From: a virus
Lineage: Duplodnaviria > Heunggongvirae > Uroviricota > Caudoviricetes
DNA length: 64,000 nt
IMG/VR virus record: IMGVR_UViG_3300037882_002341
Coordinates: 128,958 to 192,957 of that record
Reading direction: 5' to 3' (one strand)
Shown here one piece after another: positions 58,565 through 64,000 of the stretch (its first letter is position 1; the number at the start of each line of letters is the position of its first letter). Below the pieces are notes generated by a model. The model was not told the origin of the DNA. It was given only the letters and a program-made list of their open reading frames with translations, and made no database searches. The translations under genes and the position numbers were made by a program.

Positions 58565-59034
58565 CCCGTTACGATACTAACATTTCTAATAGTTCTATCT
58601 TTTGCATATTTCTTGATAAGCTTTTGTACGTATTTACGTACATCTCTCACACTAGTTCCATAATATCTTTCTTCTGGACCCGAATAAAACAATCTTCTGA
58701 TTTCATCAAGAGTTAGACCTAGCGTATTACAAGTATCAGGGCTTTTACTATAAGCTGCATCAAAAGGTAGATGGCGAAGTACGTGTCCTTTATTGAATCT
58801 TTCTCTAAACCATAGATCTACGCAAGCATGACCCGCAACACAAGCAATAGTTTTACACTTAGGTGATATATTGCTCTGTCCCGGATGATCAGCTAATAAT
58901 CTTGTGTGGCTCCTATATGTATCTCTAAGTATCTCAATGTCAAAAGCAAGCTTATCTCTTTCTACTTTTGCAAGAACTCTATCTATATTCTTTAGAAAAG
59001 ATAGAGTTGTAAACGAAAGCTTCTTTTTGGACAT
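58561..59034 (-). CDS. hypothetical protein, paralog family C
   Basis: 157 aa; C-x-T/I-x-AC-x-AG ... D-x-WF ... Y-x-G ... LF-x-GP ... KLI-K/R-KY-x-K pattern shared with 60248..60748. Confidence 0.4.
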   Translation of the reverse strand: MSKKKLSFTTLSFLKNIDRVLAKVERDKLAFDIEILRDTYRSHTRLLADHPGQSNISPKCKTIACVAGHACVDLWFRERFNKGHVLRHLPFDAAYSKSPDTCNTLGLTLDEIRRLFYSGPEERYYGTSVRDVRKYVQKLIKKYAKDRTIRNVSIVTG

Positions 59035-59042
59035 TATTCTTA

Positions 59043-59240
59043 TTATTTCCTAAAGAATGAACCAATAAAATAAAGCAAACCTATGATTCCCATTCCCTGT
59101 AAAAGGGAAATTTCTGGGCCGTTAGAGAGACCCGGAACTAACCAGTTCCAGAATAACATAAGAATTAGACCTGGTATAATAAACAAGATTACACACACAA
59201 AGATCAGAGCCAGGAGAAAACCAAGTAAGGTATATATCAT
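59043..59240 (-). CDS. small membrane protein
   Basis: 65 aa, two hydrophobic helices. Confidence 0.35.
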   Translation of the reverse strand: MIYTLLGFLLALIFVCVILFIIPGLILMLFWNWLVPGLSNGPEISLLQGMGIIGLLYFIGSFFRK

Positions 59241-59461
59241 TTCTTTAGTAACTCCTTAGCTGCTTTATAGACACCAGATCTACCTTCAGAGCGTAAAGCT
59301 GCAGTATAACCTGGGGGATTTATCTCAAATCCTTTTACTAGCTGTTTCCATTTCTCAGACAAGGATACAGCTCCACGAGGAAACGCTGAACCTCCATCAA
59401 GAGCACCAAGTGTTCTTGATATAAACTCTTTTCTTACTTCCTCCGGAAGCATTATTACCAT
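59237..59461 (-). CDS. hypothetical protein
   Basis: 74 aa. Confidence 0.3.
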   Translation of the reverse strand: MVIMLPEEVRKEFISRTLGALDGGSAFPRGAVSLSEKWKQLVKGFEINPPGYTAALRSEGRSGVYKAAKELLKK

Positions 59462-59600
59462 TGGTCAAAAGACATGTTGGTTAGAGATAAAACCAGTAGT
59501 TTCAATAGGTTTTCCCTCTTCTAGCCATTCTAGTAAACGCTGATAAGCCTTCTTATCATTGGCTTGGCCAAGCACTTCCACAAGAACAGTATGAGGATTG

Positions 59601-59810
59601 TCAAACATTCTTTTCCCTATTCTTCTTACGCGTAATAGCTGCTTTCTGACCAGGGGTTAAGACACTATTGATCTTGTCGATTCTTTCTCTAAAGATTCTT
59701 TGTGCCTCTTTCTCACCTACCTTTAGACCATGGGCAAATCCTAGAGAGAAAGCTTCCTCTGCGAACATACTCTGTCTCTCTTTTATAACCCTAAGTGTGT
59801 ACTTTTTCAT
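59601..59810 (-). CDS. hypothetical protein
   Basis: 69 aa. Confidence 0.3.
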   Translation of the reverse strand: MKKYTLRVIKERQSMFAEEAFSLGFAHGLKVGEKEAQRIFRERIDKINSVLTPGQKAAITRKKNREKNV

Positions 59811-59818
59811 AATGTCCT

Positions 59819-60244
59819 TTATCTAATAACAAATTCCATACTATGCTTAATTTCAATGATATGTATAACTCTATTTCTACTTTCATCTACTATTTGGTTA
59901 TACCAATCTGTATATAAGATTCTCTTAACACCACTTTTAATAAGAAGAGACATGCAAGCTTTGCATGGTCTGGCCATACTAATAGCGGTACTATTCTTTG
60001 TAAGTCTTACTACAAATACGGTAGAATCTTTTATATCTCTACCGCTATTGTTGAACATTGCTAATTCAGCATGAGTCTTGCGTGTTCTATTTAATGCCTG
60101 AGTGCTTGTTTTATGAGGGTCATTACAGCCTATACCTATGATTCTTCCATTTCTATAGGCTGACGCTCCTACTTTATATCGAGATCCCTCTGAGATCTGT
60201 GCTACATCTAGAGCGGCTTTTACTAGTCTATCTATGATAGCCAT
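59819..60244 (-). CDS. cytidine/deoxycytidylate deaminase-fold protein (second deaminase)
   Basis: 141 aa; zinc motifs HAELAMF and PCKACMSLL (H-A-E ... P-C-x-x-C). Confidence 0.5.
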   Translation of the reverse strand: MAIIDRLVKAALDVAQISEGSRYKVGASAYRNGRIIGIGCNDPHKTSTQALNRTRKTHAELAMFNNSGRDIKDSTVFVVRLTKNSTAISMARPCKACMSLLIKSGVKRILYTDWYNQIVDESRNRVIHIIEIKHSMEFVIR

Positions 60245-60247
60245 ATG

Positions 60248-60748
60248 CTAATTCTTAATTTTCAAACCAGACTTTGTTTTATACTTTCTAATAAGTTTTC
60301 TAGCATATGAAACAATGTCTTTTGCGGTTACATCTTCTACATTATTACGAATGTCTGGACCATTAAGAAATAGTTGTTCAGTTTCGGCTTCACTAAGACC
60401 AAAGTATCTTTCAAGATTAGCATTTCCATACATTGCTAAAATTCCTGCCCTAGATCCATTTATCTTAATGAAACCCTTTTTAGATGTTTCTAGACCATTC
60501 TTCATAAACCAAGGATCTAATCCACACCATCCAGCAGTGCAGGCCTGAGTAGCACAGGACGGTAAATCTTTCTTTTCTAATTGACTAAAGGCACTTGCCA
60601 TATCATCAAATGACTTCCATCTTGAAAACCAAGAATTAATCTCAAAGGCAAGAGGAGGTTTCTTTGATACTTCAAGCATTACCCGAAGTAAATTCTCTAA
60701 TCGCTTTACACGAGTTATTCCAGAAATCTCTTTTATCTTTGTTTTCAT
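60248..60748 (-). CDS. hypothetical protein, paralog family C
   Basis: 166 aa; paralog of 58561..59034. Confidence 0.4.
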   Translation of the reverse strand: MKTKIKEISGITRVKRLENLLRVMLEVSKKPPLAFEINSWFSRWKSFDDMASAFSQLEKKDLPSCATQACTAGWCGLDPWFMKNGLETSKKGFIKINGSRAGILAMYGNANLERYFGLSEAETEQLFLNGPDIRNNVEDVTAKDIVSYARKLIRKYKTKSGLKIKN

Positions 60749-60784
60749 TACTCTCTCCCTTAAATAAACTCTATCTTAATAAGA

Positions 60785-60861
60785 TGGTAGGCTCGGTGAG
60801 ACTCGAACTCACTGTCACCCGATTATGAGTCGGACGCTTATACCACTTAAGCTTCGAGCCC
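60785..60861 (-). tRNA. tRNA-Met (anticodon CAU; elongator-type or Ile2-type), CCA encoded
   Basis: Cloverleaf: acceptor GGGCTCG/CGAGCCT, D-arm GCTT-AAGTGGTAT-AAGC, anticodon arm TCCGA-CTCATAA-TCGGG, variable TGACA, T-arm GTGAG-TTCGAGT-CTCAC, discriminator A and CCA. The anticodon stem lacks the three G-C pairs of initiator tRNA. Confidence 0.75.
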
Positions 60862-61387
60862 CTGATTCTATTTTAGGCGGGGCCTTTTAGACTCATGCCC
60901 AGGAGTAATGATTAATCGATCACTACTCTGTTGGATAGTTCATTAAGCTATTCAACAGGCTCCGAAGTTAGACTTTTAACAGTCACACTGTAGTCTTTCT
61001 TCTTCATCGTGACCGATAAACCTATAACGGATTTCAAATCCGCCCAGATCCCGGTTAGTCTAGCTCTTTCTTAGAGATACCAGTTATCCCGGTCTGTTAT
61101 AGGTCAAGCTCTGTGTTTCATAGGCTTGCCACCATCACAGGATCATGTGTCCTGTGGCCATATTAATAGACCGGTCCCGGAATCAGATCTTTACCTTATT
61201 AGGGTTACTTCCGGCCAGTCTAACTTAGGCACCAATTGATCCTAATCGATTTTCCTCGTGGTCCTAAGCTTGGTCTTGAAACTCCTGATTAGGGGTTTGC
61301 AAATTCCCTAAGGTAAATTTCAGGAGAAGACCTTCTGTTTCGCTCTTACCAAGAGCTCATCAGTGAGGAGTACCTCAGACAGATTTA
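60862..61387. other. ORF-free, stem-rich region (candidate structured ncRNA or cis element)
   Basis: About 525 bp without any ORF of 60 aa or more. Perfect 8-bp hairpin CCACAGGA-TCATGTG-TCCTGTGG at 61131-61153, nested hairpin AGACT-TTTA-ACAGT-CAC-ACTGT-AGTCT near 60968-60994, duplicated octamer ATCCCGGT at 61048 and 61084, and long-range CCGGAA/TTCCGG and TGGCC/GGCCA pairings. Confidence 0.35.
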
Positions 61388-61651
61388 TTAGAGCGATTTC
61401 AGGAAATCCCATAAACTCTTTATTAATGATTTCCTGATAGGTTTAGCAACCTTTCTCTTTTCAATTAGATAATTAGCTAGTTTCCACATAGCATTATCAT
61501 GTAGGTCTCTACCAACTCGAGTGCCTACTACATCTATCGGTGCATTAAAGTACCACTCATACCATCTTGCATAAGCTTCTGTAAATTCAATTGCAAGCTC
61601 ATCTAACTTATTATCGGATTTCATTAACATATTTTTCAGGAAGGAATCCAA
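61388..61651 (-). CDS. hypothetical protein
   Basis: 87 aa. Confidence 0.35.
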   Translation of the reverse strand: MDSFLKNMLMKSDNKLDELAIEFTEAYARWYEWYFNAPIDVVGTRVGRDLHDNAMWKLANYLIEKRKVAKPIRKSLIKSLWDFLKSL

Positions 61652-61994
61652 CTACGGCATTTTTAACTTTAGCAAAAGTAGATTTCTGGAGCTTAATATA
61701 GCTCTCTAGGAATAATGCTAGGTCTTCAACAAGTATCAATTTGCAGTGCAAGTTGCATTCAGAAATACATCTTGCATTTTCAATGGCGACACCAAGAGCA
61801 TCATCACAACAGTAGTGGAAAATTAGCCACTGTTTACTTTTAGGACAATAACAATATTGAAGGCTACTAGAAGAATTCCCATGTTTATAAACTACTTGGT
61901 GACTTAGTTTTATAGGTATATCATTAAAGCACCTTTCTACTTCTTTGATAAAGGTATCAATGATAGCAACTGCTTTACCAAGTTCATCTTCCAT
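61611..61994 (-). CDS. hypothetical Cys-rich protein
   Basis: 127 aa; LQYCYCPKSKQWLIFHYCCDD and CISECNLHC. Confidence 0.4.
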   Translation of the reverse strand: MEDELGKAVAIIDTFIKEVERCFNDIPIKLSHQVVYKHGNSSSSLQYCYCPKSKQWLIFHYCCDDALGVAIENARCISECNLHCKLILVEDLALFLESYIKLQKSTFAKVKNAVVGFLPEKYVNEIR

Positions 61995-62072
61995 TATCTA
62001 TTCTTTTCCGAGTTAGTTATAAGATAAAGTCATAATAGATAGAAAGAGGAAGGAAGATTATGTCGAGAAAAT

Positions 62073-62255
62073 CTATTCTCTTTCTACCTTTACTCTAATT
62101 TCTTTAGGTTCCATAGAGCAGGTTATTGCTATAGCATAAGTAGCTATAATTGCAGCTATATAACCTATACAGATGATCATCTTACTTATTCTAATCTTTG
62201 GATTGGGATAAACAACATCTGTACAACCACAAGTATCTTCTGAGCAATTACTCAT
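62073..62255 (-). CDS. small membrane protein
   Basis: 60 aa; hydrophobic ICIGYIAAIIATYAIAITC. Confidence 0.3.
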   Translation of the reverse strand: MSNCSEDTCGCTDVVYPNPKIRISKMIICIGYIAAIIATYAIAITCSMEPKEIRVKVERE

Positions 62256-62256
62256 A

Positions 62257-62706
62257 TTAGAGCTCCGAACGAACTTTCATTAAGATCTTGCCTAGATGAT
62301 TAAGACCATTCCTATTATGCTCTCTGCATATACATATGCCCCAAAAGAGGTCATGCCACCAAGTTTCTTCTACTAGTTCTTCTTCTCCAGTAGCTTTTAA
62401 AGATTCTCTAAGTACTGGATTAGTAAACTTTGCTCTAACTATATCTTCCATGAATCTAAGTTTAACTCTATCCCAGTCTTTTCTTAAAGTTACCTTTTGT
62501 CCTGCTTCTTTAGCATTCTTAGGCTTAAGAAATCTTATTTCCTCTTGCTCATTTAGATCAAGGGTCTTCATTGCCTGATAAGCAGCTTCTGAACTTAACC
62601 AATTTCTTCCGTCGAACTCAAAGTTAGATTCAAAGAAGTTGCTCAGGAATCCGTAATTGCTTCCACTTCTAAAGTATATTATCATTTTAGGTCCACATGT
62701 GTCCAC
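62257..62706 (-). CDS. NADAR-domain protein (YbiA-like; NAD/ADP-ribose-associated)
   Basis: 149 aa; IYFRSGSNYGFLSNFFESNFEFDGRNWLSSEAAYQAMK parallels E. coli YbiA INFYSTSDDYGDFSNFAAWPIKVDGKTWPTSEHYFQAQK, and ETWWHDLFWG parallels YbiA DAYWGDG. Confidence 0.65.
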   Translation of the reverse strand: MDTCGPKMIIYFRSGSNYGFLSNFFESNFEFDGRNWLSSEAAYQAMKTLDLNEQEEIRFLKPKNAKEAGQKVTLRKDWDRVKLRFMEDIVRAKFTNPVLRESLKATGEEELVEETWWHDLFWGICICREHNRNGLNHLGKILMKVRSEL

Positions 62707-63130
62707 GAAGTCTCATTAGTAACTGAAGCTGTTCAGTATCCCAATTCTCAAGTTCCTGATCTTCATCAAAACACTCCATAACTTCTCTTATTTCATAGAA
62801 GTCATAAGGATCATAATTCTTACGCCACTGCCACCAATCATAGAGATCAAGTAAGATTGCTAAGTCGTGGCGATGATTAGCGAGACAGGGTTCATTCATT
62901 AGTAAGAAAAGACAATTTTTATAAATTCTAGGGTCTTCTCCTTCACACCACCAAGAAACGGGTTTCTCTTCCTCAATAAACTCTTCCAAGAGAGCAAAAC
63001 AAGCATATGTTAATCTATGATCAATATCATAGTACTGAGGCTTGAGCTTAGTATTAACAAGATGAAACTTCCATCTTGATAAGAATCTATAAGCAAACCA
63101 ATACCAGATAGCAACAATCTTGTTTTTCAT
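62687..63130 (-). CDS. hypothetical protein
   Basis: 147 aa, Trp/Tyr-rich. Confidence 0.4.
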   Translation of the reverse strand: MKNKIVAIWYWFAYRFLSRWKFHLVNTKLKPQYYDIDHRLTYACFALLEEFIEEEKPVSWWCEGEDPRIYKNCLFLLMNEPCLANHRHDLAILLDLYDWWQWRKNYDPYDFYEIREVMECFDEDQELENWDTEQLQLLMRLRGHMWT

Positions 63131-63333
63131 GATTCAGTTTTCCAGCCTATTAACTTTGCTACTTCATCAACATCCATTGGTACAGAGATCGTATAAGAAT
63201 CCAGTGCGCTATAAGCTAATCGTATATCGGTCCAACCTGTTGCTTCTTTTCTAATGCTTATGGAAAGAATATCATCCATATTTACATAAGCATAGGCATG
63301 TCTTTCACTACCAATCCGGGTAAACCCACTCAT
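63127..63333 (-). CDS. hypothetical protein
   Basis: 68 aa. Confidence 0.3.
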   Translation of the reverse strand: MSGFTRIGSERHAYAYVNMDDILSISIRKEATGWTDIRLAYSALDSYTISVPMDVDEVAKLIGWKTES

Positions 63334-63537
63334 ACAGTGCTCTTTTCATCTACCCATTGCTGAGCAAGAGATACATCAAGATTAAATCCTTGTCCAACTC
63401 TCAAGAGTCCATTAGGCCAACAATGAAGATCTATTATTATAGAGTGAAGAGCTTCTACTGTACTTTGTGTATCTCTCTTGCTCACTTAGTCTCCTTTGCT
63501 CTTACAGTGTGGTAGGTGGTGAACTAGCTTTCGAGAT

Positions 63538-63786
63538 TCACGATTGCTCTATGTTTTCCTCAGTCAGCGTTGGGCCCTTCTGCAGTTCTCGTATGATCTC
63601 TTGACGCCGGATATCGGGAAGAGCGACGAGAGCCTTATAGGCGGAGATCACCGATGCGATGGCGAGCCGCTCGGAGGTCGAGAGCGGGCGGTTGGCATAG
63701 CGGAGTGTGTGCTCTAGTTCATCGAGCCGCTCGCTAGGCACCGGCCAGACCTTCCCGCCGAAGCGTCGATAGAGCGGATTACACAC
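63538..63786 (-). CDS. hypothetical protein encoded mostly in the GC-rich terminal segment
   Basis: 82 aa; Arg/Ala/Leu-rich with high-GC codons; its C-terminus runs into AT-rich DNA. Confidence 0.3.
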   Translation of the reverse strand: MCNPLYRRFGGKVWPVPSERLDELEHTLRYANRPLSTSERLAIASVISAYKALVALPDIRRQEIIRELQKGPTLTEENIEQS

Positions 63787-63991
63787 CGGGCGCCTCCTCT
63801 CCCGCGACGAGGGCGGAGATGTCGTCGTCGGTTAGGACACTAGCGTGATAGAGCCTCACCGCCCGCGCCCCCTCCTCCCGCGCCGCGAGAATGGCGGCGG
63901 CCAGGATGCGGCGGAGGCAGGCGTCGCAGTCCCGGCGTTGGAAGGTTGGTCCACGGCAGACACAGTTGAAGTGATCGAGCGTCTCCGCCAC
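63779..63991 (-). CDS. hypothetical protein in the GC-rich segment (may be partial at the window edge)
   Basis: 70 aa; Ala/Arg-rich; CVCRGP ... DCDAC cysteines. Confidence 0.3.
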   Translation of the reverse strand: MAETLDHFNCVCRGPTFQRRDCDACLRRILAAAILAAREEGARAVRLYHASVLTDDDISALVAGEEAPGV

Positions 63992-64000
63992 GTCGTCGGC

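Noticed and set aside
60858-60885. tmRNA 5' end (CCCCTGATTCT resembles GGGGCTGATTCT of SsrA)
   Set aside because: The acceptor-forming nucleotides are C rather than G. No matching T-arm or ACCA 3' end is found at an appropriate distance. No resume-codon or tag-ORF region is evident. Similarity is limited to an 8-mer.
60862-61387. Group I intron or RNase P RNA in the ORF-free region
   Set aside because: I could not find the conserved P7/P3 G-binding core or the RNase P GGAAAGTCCGG/ACAGAAAGCAGG-type motifs by eye. Left as an unclassified structured region.
201-62578. Plus-strand ORFs of 60-170 aa nested antisense inside long minus-strand genes (for example 201..401, 3812..4108, 10103..10324, 13294..13518, 19358..19879, 21220..21630, 27319..27576, 28279..28632, 43968..44477, 44872..45132, 48182..48595, 49543..49869, 50715..51005, 62336..62578)
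   Set aside because: They lie fully inside well-supported minus-strand genes whose products have recognisable motifs. They have low-complexity or Ser/Leu/Ile-rich translations typical of antisense frames in AT-rich DNA, and none has a recognisable domain. Treated as spurious.
1-64000. Integrase, att-site pair, terminase or capsid genes defining phage ends
   Set aside because: No tyrosine or serine recombinase, terminase large subunit or major capsid motifs were recognisable among the ORFs. The orphan tRNA 3' fragments could be att cores but lack an adjacent integrase, so no mobile-element boundaries are called.

Overview
This 64-kb window reads as one contiguous block of a large (jumbo-type) bacteriophage or prophage genome. 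It is AT-rich, roughly one-third G+C by eye. About 100 tightly packed genes, often with overlapping start/stop codons, tile the minus strand. Only one credible gene lies on the plus strand, a SAM-dependent methyltransferase at 32873-33496. Recognisable modules: (a) replication, recombination and repair: DnaE-type Pol III alpha, an Orn-like DEDDh exonuclease, an SF2 DEAH helicase, RecA, a family-4 UDG, a Cas4-like Fe-S nuclease and a PD-(D/E)XK nuclease; (b) nucleotide metabolism: dCMP deaminase, dNMP kinase and a second deaminase-fold protein; (c) a glycan or amino-sugar biosynthesis island with several GT4 and GT2 glycosyltransferases, a DegT aminotransferase, a hexapeptide acetyltransferase and a GT9-like protein; (d) a translationally coupled MoxR-type AAA+ ATPase / VWA operon that also carries zinc ribbons and tandem small paralogs; (e) split multisubunit RNA polymerase beta and beta' homologs, which are a hallmark of jumbo phages; (f) an NAD/ADP-ribose/alarmone module: PRPP synthetase, NAMPT, a SpoT/Mesh1-like HD hydrolase and a NADAR-domain protein; (g) tRNA genes: Arg-UCU, Met-CAU, an apparent circularly permuted tRNA whose 3' half lies upstream of its 5' half, and two orphan tRNA 3'-end fragments; (h) an RNA ligase-like nucleotidyltransferase. 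Other points: at least four, possibly five, families of tandem small paralogs; a roughly 525-bp ORF-free structured region beside tRNA-Met; a conserved roughly 34-nt intergenic motif present twice; rho-independent terminators; and an abrupt switch to strongly GC-rich DNA in the last ~450 bp, which may be a host junction, an insertion or an assembly chimera. No CRISPR array, integrase, terminase or capsid gene is recognisable here. Functional calls rest on motifs read by eye and carry matching uncertainty.
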